Source: Bacteriovoracia bacterium (GTDB lineage: Bacteria > Bdellovibrionota > UBA1018 > CAIPTA01). From it: a DNA stretch of 64,000 nt. A program made the position numbers and the translations under genes. Each line of letters begins with the position of its first letter. Position 1 is the stretch's first letter. The notes beneath the pieces are model-generated. The model saw only the letters and a list, made by a program, of their open reading frames with translations, did no database searches and was not told the DNA's origin. Positions 29,152-38,924 of this stretch are shown piece by piece. The stretch is taken from assembly GCA_050246755.1 (NCBI GenBank), contig JBFWVL010000001.1:1248001-1312000 (forward strand). The letters are read 5' to 3'.

Positions 29152-30873
29152 CTAATTGCCGGCCATTTGGCTATGCGCGCGCAGAAGCTCGTCGCATTCT
29201 TTCTGAATCCTATCCACGGCTTCATGGCTGCTGCAGGCTTGAAGGGGATTTCGGAACTGTTCCTTCCACGGAGCTAGGGCCACTGCTTGCACCGCGGATT
29301 CCCGCATCTTCTCGTCCGCATCGAAAAAATGATTCACCAAAACTGCGGTGCTTTCTCCCGTATTCATGAACCGAAGAGAAAATACCGCCTTCGCGCGCAA
29401 TGCAATCTGCGCTTGGCTTTCCACCAAGGTTTTTAAATCGGACACGAATTCGGTACGACCGCTATTTCCGATCGCGTCGAGAACGGAAAGCTGCGCACCA
29501 AGATCACCGCTCTGAACGGCCGCCTGCCATTGTGCCCGGAGGCTCGCCATTGCTGAATCCGCCACAACTCCCCTTGCGTTCTGTAAGCTCGAACCAAGCG
29601 CGTAGGAAGAGCCAGACTTTAGGTCGGGATCCTGCTGATTTTCCATTTCGTCGCGTAAGAAATCTACGGTTTCCGGAGTAGCAGCCGCCTGCGTGGTGGT
29701 GAGCGCACCGAGAATGGTTCCTTTCCCCGACAAAGGGCATTCCGGATTTTGATACAATGAAAGCAGAGCCTTCTGATTTTCGGCGCCGCCGGCGGTAGCT
29801 AATGCCCCCACTATCGTCTTGAATAGCGTGGAATCGGCACCGAGCCGGATATCTTTAGCGCCCAGTAAACCGAGAACTTTTTCCAGCGAGCCGGGTTCGC
29901 GGCGCAACACGCGGACGAGGTCCCCGAAAGCTTCGAGGCGTTCACCCGAAGTCATCGCATCGAGGCGCTGGAGTTTTTCCACGAGAGCGGCCCAATCTAC
30001 TTTGCCATATTCCAAGTTGTCCGCGGTATTTCCGGCGGCGAGGGTGAGCGAATCGGCGTGGTTTAAGGCCGCCATCTGGGCCTTCGTGTAAACGGGAGAA
30101 GGCCCGCGAGCTTGGAACTTCACGTGATAGCTAGTGAATGATTCCAAGTATGCGCCGTTTTGCCCCATGCGGGTGGCTTCGTCTCCCTTAAGTTCGGCCG
30201 GCAGAGAAAGGGTACTATCCCAGCGCAGCCAGTGCGTGGACGAGACGATCTCGGTTTTTGGCTGATTTAAATACTTTAGCTTCGTTTTTTTCTGAAGCTG
30301 AAAATTCGCCTGGGCAGGCAGTGCTTCCACGCGAAATTCGTATTTTCCCAGCGTGTCTGTATCCGCGGAAAAATTCCAGAGCGCGAGTAGATCTTTAGTT
30401 ACCGCAATGTATTGCTGGGTTTCTTCGTCGTGGGCCTGGCCCGTGTGGAGCTCCAGCTTTTTTCCTTTAGCGTTTAAATGCATTTTCACTAGCGGAGATT
30501 CTTTCCCAGAATATTCTTTCACCTTCGCCTGGGCGATGGCGCTAAATCCTTGTTTATCGACGCTAAGAATATCCAAGGTTAGCGTCCCGCCATAGGCGAT
30601 GGTGGGCACGTTGTCGCCGAAGCCGCGAATCGTAATTTTTCGCTGAAATCCGTAGGTATAGCGCTGCCCGGCTTGAGGACTAAAAACCAAATCCCCGGCG
30701 AGGGTGGAGGCGGGCGGCGATGCTAAGCTGGCCGGCGAACGGTCGACCGCTTTCTCTCCGGAATTTTGGGCGCGCTTTTCAATCGCCCAGCCAGCAACCA
30801 CTAGCAAGCAGGACAAGCCAATTCCCACTTTCACTAAGAGGCGGGAGGTTTTACCTACTGCTTGACTGGGCAT
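29152..30873 (-). CDS. Membrane-anchored vitellogenin/MTP N-terminal-like beta domain plus HEAT-repeat protein
   Basis: N-terminal TM; beta-rich region (YTYGF, DTLGKYEF, KKTKLKY); helical HEAT repeats (LDAIGNSG, RAKAVFSLRF, RESAVQAVA). Confidence 0.65.
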   Translation of the reverse strand: MPSQAVGKTSRLLVKVGIGLSCLLVVAGWAIEKRAQNSGEKAVDRSPASLASPPASTLAGDLVFSPQAGQRYTYGFQRKITIRGFGDNVPTIAYGGTLTLDILSVDKQGFSAIAQAKVKEYSGKESPLVKMHLNAKGKKLELHTGQAHDEETQQYIAVTKDLLALWNFSADTDTLGKYEFRVEALPAQANFQLQKKTKLKYLNQPKTEIVSSTHWLRWDSTLSLPAELKGDEATRMGQNGAYLESFTSYHVKFQARGPSPVYTKAQMAALNHADSLTLAAGNTADNLEYGKVDWAALVEKLQRLDAMTSGERLEAFGDLVRVLRREPGSLEKVLGLLGAKDIRLGADSTLFKTIVGALATAGGAENQKALLSLYQNPECPLSGKGTILGALTTTQAAATPETVDFLRDEMENQQDPDLKSGSSYALGSSLQNARGVVADSAMASLRAQWQAAVQSGDLGAQLSVLDAIGNSGRTEFVSDLKTLVESQAQIALRAKAVFSLRFMNTGESTAVLVNHFFDADEKMRESAVQAVALAPWKEQFRNPLQACSSHEAVDRIQKECDELLRAHSQMAGN

Positions 30874-31679
30874 GCATTTACGTCCGTAGCAAAACAGTAT
30901 CCGTTCCAGTTATAGAGGTCATAGTTCCACAGACGCTTCCAGCCCATTTGCGAGAGCCAGAAAACATCGGCGAAGGCATATAGGCGCCCCTTGAGGAATT
31001 CCACCATGGCCGAAATCAGTACCAAGGGTTTCGTGGAGGGAGTGAAACGAGCGTTCACGCTCGCGTGCGCGTCGATGAGATCGAGTTGTCCACCCACTCC
31101 GGCGCGCACGATAAAGAGCTTGGCGTAACCTTCGATGAAGCCCGCGGCGGCGGCCACGGCCTGCATATCTACCGCAAAGTTCGCGAATTGAAGGGGAAAC
31201 GCAATTTCGGTGCTATTTTGCACGATGATATTTGCTTCAAAGCGGGCGCCACCGTCTATCTGCAGCAGGAGAGGCCCAACGGGATAGGCATAAACGGGAA
31301 TTCTCACTTCCGTGGGGCTGATGCCCGCGCGGAATTTCAGCAGGCCGCTTTTTTCGATCGTGGTGCTATTGCTGAAAATGCGCTTCCCGAAAGAATAGAA
31401 TTCCGTATAGGTTTTTCCGCCGATCGTATTTGCCGGCTGCATGGACGCCATGAGGGCTTCCATCGCAATGCCGAGAACGGTGATCTTCGCCTTGGTTTTC
31501 ACCGTTTGCGAATCGGTAGGAACTCCGGCCGTAAAGGTACCGCTCATTTCCTTGCCTAATACCTCGGTGCCCTGCTTGCCTTCGAATTGGTCTTCGGAGG
31601 CAAACGCTGGAACCTCGATAAGGAGGGTTGCGATAGCGGTTGCGAGGGTCAGGGTATATCGGTGTGCTTTCCTGATCAT
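30855..31679 (-). CDS. Exported beta-strand-rich hypothetical protein
   Basis: Signal peptide from ATG 31679; long Gly/Ala-rich amphipathic strands; overlaps the downstream gene. Confidence 0.75.
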   Translation of the reverse strand: MIRKAHRYTLTLATAIATLLIEVPAFASEDQFEGKQGTEVLGKEMSGTFTAGVPTDSQTVKTKAKITVLGIAMEALMASMQPANTIGGKTYTEFYSFGKRIFSNSTTIEKSGLLKFRAGISPTEVRIPVYAYPVGPLLLQIDGGARFEANIIVQNSTEIAFPLQFANFAVDMQAVAAAAGFIEGYAKLFIVRAGVGGQLDLIDAHASVNARFTPSTKPLVLISAMVEFLKGRLYAFADVFWLSQMGWKRLWNYDLYNWNGYCFATDVNACPVKQ

Positions 31680-31688
31680 ATTAGTACT

Positions 31689-31717
31689 ATTATACGCAGA
31701 ATTACACGCAGTGTTAA
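31689..31717 (-). promoter_or_regulatory. Near-consensus sigma70 promoter
   Basis: Minus-strand TTAACA (31717-31712), 17 nt spacer, TATAAT (31694-31689), 9 nt before ATG 31679. Confidence 0.65.
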
Positions 31718-31766
31718 TATAATTAAACAATTAATATAAAATATTGATTTTATTGATTATTATTGT

Positions 31767-32636
31767 CTATTGAGGACGAGTAATGCGTGCGCAGACCAGC
31801 TCGGTATCCCCAGGAAAGGCCCCAATTGCCTTGGCTGCTAATGCCCCGCCCGGCATAAAAGCCAGGCTAGGAATACGGTGAAACAGGTTATCCAGGTCAC
31901 TATCTCCCCATCTCATCTCTATTGTAAGGCCCGCATTGCGCAGAAACCGGCCCAAAGAAACCCGAGAGAAATAGTGAAAATGGGGGGGAAAGGTGCCGGC
32001 CTGAAAAAGCTGCGCATAGACCCCTGGAGATAAGCCCCTTACCCCATTGGCGATCTGGAACAGCACTCCGTCCGAAACGGGCACCTTAATCACAAGCCAT
32101 TTTAAATCCGGCAGATCGCGCACGATGCGCTGAATGGAGCCTAGTGCTTGCTCCGCGGGAAAATGCTCTAGCACATCCAGGAGACTCACCACCCGGGGAG
32201 CGAAGGGCAAGCTTTCCCAGTCGGGCCAAAATTTTTCCCCCTTCTTGCTTTCCGCCATCACGAACCCGCGTTCAGTAAGCCATTTTTTCGAGAGCGCCGA
32301 AGTCTCGAAACCACCCAGAGTCTTTAATCCATGGGAACGGGCCTCTTCCAGAAAGGGACCGCGTCCACATCCAAAATCAAGCCATCCATCGGCCTCGTCG
32401 AGCAAAGGAACCAGATGGTTGAGAATGTCACGCGCCTGGCGTTTTCGCGTTTTTAGCAATGACGCCACGAATTTTTCATTCGTAGGCGTGTGCTCATAAT
32501 AATCGGAGGAGAGCGGAAGCTCGGAATGCTCCGCCCCGCGATGCCCACAATGTGAACAAAGCCATACCGAAAAAACGGAAGATTGATATTCCCATTCGGT
32601 AGGCGAAGCGCAAACGGTGCAGGAGCGAGATTGCAT
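31767..32636 (-). CDS. Class I SAM methyltransferase with N-terminal Cys motifs
   Basis: CTVC/CSHCG, LDFGCGRG, DVLEH, KVP, HFHYFS. Confidence 0.85.
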   Translation of the reverse strand: MQSRSCTVCASPTEWEYQSSVFSVWLCSHCGHRGAEHSELPLSSDYYEHTPTNEKFVASLLKTRKRQARDILNHLVPLLDEADGWLDFGCGRGPFLEEARSHGLKTLGGFETSALSKKWLTERGFVMAESKKGEKFWPDWESLPFAPRVVSLLDVLEHFPAEQALGSIQRIVRDLPDLKWLVIKVPVSDGVLFQIANGVRGLSPGVYAQLFQAGTFPPHFHYFSRVSLGRFLRNAGLTIEMRWGDSDLDNLFHRIPSLAFMPGGALAAKAIGAFPGDTELVCARITRPQ

Positions 32637-32701
32637 GGCAAATCACGCTAATACAGCTCTGGAGAAACAGCAACGCTTCGGGTACCCTGGAAGCACCCAA
32701 G

Positions 32702-33679
32702 ATGAAGATTGCCGTTGTCATTCCATCCTTCCGCGTGCGCAAACAAATACTCACCGTGCTTTCGGCTATCGGCCCGGAAGTAAGCCGTATTTTTGTGGTG
32801 GACGATAAATGCCCGGAGAACAGCGGTAGTTTTGTGCGCGAAAACTGCCGCGATCCGCGCGTGCAGGTAATTTTCCAGAAAGAAAATAGTGGAGTGGGGG
32901 GAGCCACCCTTCGCGGCTTCTTAGAAGCCGGCGCTCAGGGATACCAAGTGGCCGTGAAACTCGACGGCGACGGGCAGATGGATCCGAAGCTGATTCCTCT
33001 GTTGGTACGCCCCATTCTCGAAGGGAAGGCCGACTACACGAAGGGGAATCGCTTCCATTCGCCACGTAATCTTAAGGGCATGCCCACCACCCGCCTCCTG
33101 GGTAACGCGGGGCTGAGCTTTTTTGCTAAAATGGCCACGGGCTACTGGAACGTGATGGACCCCACCAACGGCTTTCTCGCGCTTCACACTTCCCTGCTGC
33201 CTCACCTAGATGCCGAAAAAATAGCGCAACGGTATTTTTTCGAGAACGATCTGCTTTTTCGGCTGGGCCTTTGCCGCGCGGTGGTCACGGATATGCCAAT
33301 GCGGGCTCATTATGGAGAAGAGAAAAGCAATCTCAGCGTAGTAAATTCGCTCATTACTTTTCCGTTTCGCCTATTGCTGCGCTTCTTAAAGCGGATGATC
33401 TACCGTTATTTCCTGAGGGATTTTAATATCGGTTCCGTGCTCATTTTAATGGGCGGATTTCTTTTTGCCTCTGGAAGCATATTCGGCGCCTACCACTGGA
33501 TCCTCAGCGCCGTCACCGGGCAGGTGGCCTCGAGTGGAGCGGTAATGATTTCCGCCCTACCGATTCTTTTAGGCTTCCAAATGCTTGGCTTCGCTCTTCT
33601 TTTCGACGTCTGGATGACGCCGCGGGAACCCGTGCATCCTTATTTTGCGGCCGAAGCGCAGGCCGAAACATCTCCGTAA
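32702..33679 (+). CDS. GT2 glycosyltransferase (DPM1/polyprenyl-phosphate sugar synthase-like) with C-terminal TMs
   Basis: VVIPS, VVDD, KLDGDGQMDP, GNRF, DPTNGF. Confidence 0.9.
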   Translation: MKIAVVIPSFRVRKQILTVLSAIGPEVSRIFVVDDKCPENSGSFVRENCRDPRVQVIFQKENSGVGGATLRGFLEAGAQGYQVAVKLDGDGQMDPKLIPLLVRPILEGKADYTKGNRFHSPRNLKGMPTTRLLGNAGLSFFAKMATGYWNVMDPTNGFLALHTSLLPHLDAEKIAQRYFFENDLLFRLGLCRAVVTDMPMRAHYGEEKSNLSVVNSLITFPFRLLLRFLKRMIYRYFLRDFNIGSVLILMGGFLFASGSIFGAYHWILSAVTGQVASSGAVMISALPILLGFQMLGFALLFDVWMTPREPVHPYFAAEAQAETSP

Positions 33680-35574
33680 GCCAATCTTTCCAGCTTACCT
33701 AAATCATATACATTGGAAGAAATACCCCGAAACAAAAGCGCCGAGGATAGGTCTTTGCCGGGAAACCTGAGGGCTAAGCCAATATTGGTGCGGGCATCGA
33801 GCAGGTAGGTTCCGCGGCTCGAAGAGCAGAGACCACGCATAAATTTCGCGAAGTCTTTTTCCCCGTAGGTAACGAAGTCAATATCAGGTCTTTCCGTCAA
33901 AACCGTAACGCGCAGGCCAGAAAGATAATAGGTTTCGTTATCAGCCATCAAAACGATTAGCTCACCCTTGCCTGCATTGTCCCTCAGCCAGGCTTTCGAA
34001 TCGCCCGCCGTATGCGTGAGCAGATAAGGGATGCCGGGCGGGATCCGTATCGCCTTCACCAAAAGATGGAAGGGCAGGTGCGAGCAGGCCAGTATCGCTA
34101 TCACCAAAATCGTGACCCCCACTTTCTCTGCACGGTACTCAGAAAGAAAATTCAATCCCTCGCAGAAAAGTAAGGTTCCCAGGGCCGCCATCAGCGGAAG
34201 ATTTGCCCCGAGATAACGAATCTCGATATTTCCGCTGAACGAAAAAGAAAAAATCAGGAACGTAAAAAAAGCGATCGCTAAGTACATCGCGTGGTTCCGG
34301 AGAAAATCTCTGCTTTGGGGGCGGAAGAAAAGAAAAGGCAGCAGTAACCATCCGGCCATCATGGGGCTTTCCCGGAGAAGCGACCCTACGCGCTCCCCCA
34401 GCACACCAAATTGCAGGAGATTTTCGTTCGGATGTACGGTGGCGAAATTGTCTGCCCACGATTGACTTACCCAGGGGCTGGGAAAGCGATTCTGGAACAT
34501 CGGAAAAAATGGATTTTTCGTTAAATAGAAATTCCGTAGGAAAAATGCCGAGGCGGTTAGCAAGCTGACCATCGCGGATAGATACAGGCCCAATGCTTTG
34601 GCCAGGTATCCCCCGCGTGCCACGAAAAACAGGAAAGATATCGCAAAGGCGGGGGCCAGAAAAATGGCGGCGTTCAGCTTAGCGGCAATCGCCAAACCGA
34701 AGAAAATTCCGGCGAATACGTAGTTTTTCCAGTCCGATTCTTCTCGGTGGTCGAAAGCCCGCACCCAAAAAAGAAATGCGCCCAGCGCCCAGAAAGCCAC
34801 GCCGCAGTCATTCTTGGAAAGCCCGCCGGTCCATTGCAGGCTGGTGACGAATAAAAGAGAAAGGAAAACGAGAAATCTATCCCGGGCCCTGCCCCCGCGC
34901 GGAAAAAATAACGCGTCCGCCACCAAAGGAATGCCAATCCAACCCCAGAGAAGGTGAATCCATTGCGAAAATATCTGCGCGGCCACCAGGCCGTGGATCT
35001 CGCCACTGCGGGCGAAGAGCAGTTGCGGCCAAAGATAAAAATATTCCCAGGCAGAAGCCAATAATGCGTTGGGGAGCTGGGGATGCATGCGCACTGATCC
35101 AAGATCCACCCACAACCGCGGCCCCAACAGATGATAGATAAAGGGGTCGCCATGGGCGATCGGGAGAAAGGCGTTGAAAAAACGGAGGGCGATAACTACC
35201 CCGAGAATGGCGGAAATCCAACTGGATTTGGGCCAGGGAATTTCTTTACGGCCAAGAAATATTCCGATGGTAAGCAGGGCGAATCCAAACCATCTTCCCA
35301 TTTCCCCCAGAAATCCTAGGTGACCAAAAAAATAAGCCGACGCCACGGCGAGGAGGCTAGAGAAAAGCGCGGTATCGGCGAGGCCATTTCTGCCCATGCG
35401 CAGGGCAAAATAACGGCCCCACCCCCCAAAACCGAGCACGAAGCCGGCGAAGACGAAAAGCAGAGGAATAAAACCGAACCATGAATCTACCAGCTGCGTG
35501 ACGCGCGAAATGCTTAGCGCCGCCGCCAAGAGGGCAACGAGAGACAGCTTCTGCAGGAGGCGGGAGATGAACAT
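33640..35574 (-). CDS. Polytopic membrane protein, probable GT-C glycosyltransferase (DUF1420/ArnT-like)
   Basis: GDPFIYHL, KND, GLAIAAK, RNFYLTKNPFFP, RY motifs; many TMs. Confidence 0.7.
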   Translation of the reverse strand: MFISRLLQKLSLVALLAAALSISRVTQLVDSWFGFIPLLFVFAGFVLGFGGWGRYFALRMGRNGLADTALFSSLLAVASAYFFGHLGFLGEMGRWFGFALLTIGIFLGRKEIPWPKSSWISAILGVVIALRFFNAFLPIAHGDPFIYHLLGPRLWVDLGSVRMHPQLPNALLASAWEYFYLWPQLLFARSGEIHGLVAAQIFSQWIHLLWGWIGIPLVADALFFPRGGRARDRFLVFLSLLFVTSLQWTGGLSKNDCGVAFWALGAFLFWVRAFDHREESDWKNYVFAGIFFGLAIAAKLNAAIFLAPAFAISFLFFVARGGYLAKALGLYLSAMVSLLTASAFFLRNFYLTKNPFFPMFQNRFPSPWVSQSWADNFATVHPNENLLQFGVLGERVGSLLRESPMMAGWLLLPFLFFRPQSRDFLRNHAMYLAIAFFTFLIFSFSFSGNIEIRYLGANLPLMAALGTLLFCEGLNFLSEYRAEKVGVTILVIAILACSHLPFHLLVKAIRIPPGIPYLLTHTAGDSKAWLRDNAGKGELIVLMADNETYYLSGLRVTVLTERPDIDFVTYGEKDFAKFMRGLCSSSRGTYLLDARTNIGLALRFPGKDLSSALLFRGISSNVYDLGKLERLAYGDVSACASAAK

Positions 35575-35660
35575 TTGTAGTTAAATAACCGTAATTCCGG
35601 TAATTTGAAAAGAAATTGCCCCGTAATCTGCGGTATTACAGGCCACAAGGATTAATTGAA

Positions 35661-37166
35661 ATGATTTCCCGTCCTGCACTTTTGCGCCAAATCATCTGGC
35701 TCTGGCTATTCTGCCTTTTGGCCCTGCGCTTCGTGTCTTTGTACGACACGGTTTTTATCGTGGATGAGCCTCTCTTCCAGCTGAAGCTGGATGAGCATAT
35801 CGCTCAGGGAACTTTTCCCCTTAGCAGTTTTCGTGGCAGCAGTATTCCTCTGCCCTACGGCGCGGGAGCGCTGTGGTTTTACGCGATACCCCGCTTGTTT
35901 TCCTGGAGTCCCTACGGCCTAATTTTCTTTCATATTTTGGCCGTTACGCTAGGTGCATTCTTATTTCTGAAAACCATTCATAAAAAATTTGGCGAGGAGC
36001 CCGCGCGCTGGTCGGGTTTGCTGATGGCGAGCTCACCGCTTCTTTTCTTCTTTTCCCGCCATCCCTGGGACAATACTCTTTTATTCTCCGTGGCGGCGGT
36101 CCTGCTTTGGTGCCTGGTGCAACTGGAAGAAGACGGGATGGAGTATCGATACCATGCCGTCATGGGATTGGCCGTGGGCTACGCACTAAATATTCACCTG
36201 ATGTTTGGGCCGGTAGCGCTCGCGCTCGGCCTGACTTTAATTTTCCGCGCCTGGAAAATGCATGGGCCGAGCGCGAAATCTTTCTGGCTTCCCCTGCTTC
36301 TGTTTGGGGGATGCGCCCTGCTCGTGCTGATTCCTTACCTTTGGGAAGCTTTTCGTATTATGCAGCTGGAGCATCCGCTCGAGCATACGAAGTACACTAA
36401 ACGGTGGGGGGACGGCCGCAACCTCTGGTGGCTACTGCAGAGGTCGGTGATTTTTTCCTCTATCTGGGGATCGCGCATTTACCTCGAAAACTTGCACCCA
36501 TACTTCCTGGCGTTCGTGGGACAGCCGTTTGCCTTTCTTTTTCGCAACGATCTTTTTGGCTGGTTCGCGAAAATTGCGGCCATCGCGGTGGCGGTTTCCT
36601 ATCCGGTACAATTCCTTCGTGGCCGCGCAAAATTCGATTCTCTGCGCCTTTTTGCTTCCCTCAGTCTCGCATCAATGATTTTAGTTCTCCATTATCTTAA
36701 TATACCGACTGCGCCTCACTACTTCCATTCGGTCTGGTGGCTGGTATTCTTGGGGGTGGCCGTTTCGCTCACCAAGCTAAATGGGATCGGCAAGAAATTT
36801 TTCGTAACCACCATCGTGCTCACGGCGCTGGTGAATACCGCCTTTATTCTCTCCAGCTTAGCTTTCTTCCATATCAATAAGGGGGGGAGAAATTTCCAAT
36901 TTTCAGTTTCTGTGGGCGAGCAGCTGCGCGCCATCCGGGAAATATGCGTGGAAGCAAACGCGAGGATTCCTAAAGAGGCGCGCGTGAACCTGGAGAAGGT
37001 GTGGGTCCTTGGGCCTTCGTTCACCTATATCGCGGCCCATATGCCGGAATGCCGGGGCGTCACGTTCTCCGCTCACCGGGAGCTCACCAATCCTAATTTC
37101 GTGCTCACTCATCCCGGCGATTCGGACACTAAGGCCGATATCGTCATAAACTGGATCTCTCCCTGA
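35661..37166 (+). CDS. GT-C (ArnT/PMT-like) glycosyltransferase
   Basis: DE motif after TM1 (VDEP), SP.LFFFSR..W, multi-TM topology. Confidence 0.7.
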   Translation: MISRPALLRQIIWLWLFCLLALRFVSLYDTVFIVDEPLFQLKLDEHIAQGTFPLSSFRGSSIPLPYGAGALWFYAIPRLFSWSPYGLIFFHILAVTLGAFLFLKTIHKKFGEEPARWSGLLMASSPLLFFFSRHPWDNTLLFSVAAVLLWCLVQLEEDGMEYRYHAVMGLAVGYALNIHLMFGPVALALGLTLIFRAWKMHGPSAKSFWLPLLLFGGCALLVLIPYLWEAFRIMQLEHPLEHTKYTKRWGDGRNLWWLLQRSVIFSSIWGSRIYLENLHPYFLAFVGQPFAFLFRNDLFGWFAKIAAIAVAVSYPVQFLRGRAKFDSLRLFASLSLASMILVLHYLNIPTAPHYFHSVWWLVFLGVAVSLTKLNGIGKKFFVTTIVLTALVNTAFILSSLAFFHINKGGRNFQFSVSVGEQLRAIREICVEANARIPKEARVNLEKVWVLGPSFTYIAAHMPECRGVTFSAHRELTNPNFVLTHPGDSDTKADIVINWISP

Positions 37167-38173
37167 TGCCGTTCGCCATTGAAACCAAAGGCCTCACGCG
37201 CGCCTATGAAACCTACGAAAAGCCCGAGGGTGTATGGAACTCCATTCGTGGTTTCTGGAACCGAAAATACATTCAGCGCGTGGCGCTTCAGCCAACCGAA
37301 CTGAAAATCGAGCCAGGACAGATCATCGGGCTTGTGGGGGCCAACGGCGCCGGCAAAACTACTTTGCTGAAACTTCTTTCCGGACTGATCTATCCCACCG
37401 GAGGGCAGGCCCTCGTGCTGGGGCATGAGCCGTGGAAGCGCGAATCGGCCTACCTGCGCCGCATCAGCATCTTGCTCGGCCAAAAAAATCAGCTATGGTG
37501 GGATATTCCGGCATCCGATAGCTTCCGTCTTCTGGCCCAAATTTACGATTTGCCAATCGAAGGAATCCGCAAGCGCGTGCTCGAGCTGGCCGAAATGCTC
37601 GACTGCCGTCACGTGCTCGATGTGCAGCTGCGCCGCCTTAGCCTCGGCGAAAGAATGAAAATGGAGATCATCGGCAGCCTCTTGCACGAACCCGAGGTTC
37701 TTTTTCTCGATGAACCCACGATCGGGCTCGACGTAGTGGCCCAAAGTTCCATCCGGAAATTTCTTGCCGAATATGTACGCGATAAAGGTCCGACCGTTAT
37801 CCTGACCAGTCACTACATGGACGATATCGCGCGCCTGGCTGATCGGCTGCTCCTGATTTCCAAGGGCAGCATCGTCTATGACGGTACCGTGCCGGAATTC
37901 ATGGGTAAGTCGGAGCAAGTACAAAAAATCTCGCTCCGCTACGCCGAGCCGCTTGCCGCGGGGTTTTTGCTGAATTCCGAGCACAATCTCTTGGCCGGAG
38001 AACAGGAATTTAATTTGCAGCTTTCGAGCAAAGAATTGCCGGATGCCGTGCGGCGCCTCACCCAATTTGCCACCGTTCAATCCCTAAAAATCGAGGAGCC
38101 GGACTTTGAAGAAGTTATCCGGAAATTTTTGGAGACGGAATCTCGCGTTCTTCCGTCTCGCGGTAATCTCTAA
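37166..38173 (+). CDS. ABC transporter ATP-binding protein
   Basis: GANGAGKTT, LSLGERMK, LFLDEPTIGLD, TSH. Confidence 0.95.
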   Translation: MPFAIETKGLTRAYETYEKPEGVWNSIRGFWNRKYIQRVALQPTELKIEPGQIIGLVGANGAGKTTLLKLLSGLIYPTGGQALVLGHEPWKRESAYLRRISILLGQKNQLWWDIPASDSFRLLAQIYDLPIEGIRKRVLELAEMLDCRHVLDVQLRRLSLGERMKMEIIGSLLHEPEVLFLDEPTIGLDVVAQSSIRKFLAEYVRDKGPTVILTSHYMDDIARLADRLLLISKGSIVYDGTVPEFMGKSEQVQKISLRYAEPLAAGFLLNSEHNLLAGEQEFNLQLSSKELPDAVRRLTQFATVQSLKIEEPDFEEVIRKFLETESRVLPSRGNL

Positions 38174-38924
38174 TCTAGAGTACCGGCTAAATTTTTTCAC
38201 CGACGTGGTTCTGCACCCCGTGGTGACGGCCCTTATCGAGGTCACGCTGTGGCTCGCCGTATTTCGTACCATGGGTACCGAAAACCTCGCCGGATTCGGC
38301 CGCGATAGCTATCTGGCCTACGCGATTTGGGGCGCCTTTGTGTCGCGCATCACCGTCACCTGGATGTACGAGTTCAGGATGGTGGAAGAAATCGAGCTTG
38401 GCACGCTGAATAACCTCCTCGTGCGTCCACTTTCCTTTTTCGAATACTATCTCAGCCAATTTCTGGGCTACAAAATGATCAGTTCGGTATTCTCTTTGCT
38501 GATTCCGGTAATCGCCGTGCTCGCCTTCAAGCTTCCCGGAGACCTTCGCCGCCTACCTCTCACCCTTGTTTTTCTCGCCTTCTACTTAGTGCTCGTGCAC
38601 ACCATCAGCTTCTGCGTGGCTTGCTGCGCCTTCCGCCTCAATAAAGCCAATTCCCTCACGGCGGCAAAAAATTTGGGCCTGTGGCTTTTTTCGGGAGAGC
38701 TTTTTCCCATAGACATGGTGCCCGAGCCTTGGAAGGGGATCATGCTCTCTCTTCCTTTTAGCAACGGAGTATACGTGCCCGTAGCTTACCTAACGGGCAG
38801 GGCAGACGAAGCACTTCTCCTACACGGCTTCACCACCACATTTTTCGGATTGGTCTTCTTCGGCGCGCTCGGAGCTTACCTGTGGCGCTCCGGACTCAAA
38901 ATATATACGGGTACCGGCGCATGA
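38106..38924 (+). CDS. ABC-2 family permease (DUF990-like)
   Basis: EYRLNF, G.L...LVRP, FSGELFP; six TMs. Confidence 0.88.
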   Translation: MKKLSGNFWRRNLAFFRLAVISNLEYRLNFFTDVVLHPVVTALIEVTLWLAVFRTMGTENLAGFGRDSYLAYAIWGAFVSRITVTWMYEFRMVEEIELGTLNNLLVRPLSFFEYYLSQFLGYKMISSVFSLLIPVIAVLAFKLPGDLRRLPLTLVFLAFYLVLVHTISFCVACCAFRLNKANSLTAAKNLGLWLFSGELFPIDMVPEPWKGIMLSLPFSNGVYVPVAYLTGRADEALLLHGFTTTFFGLVFFGALGAYLWRSGLKIYTGTGA

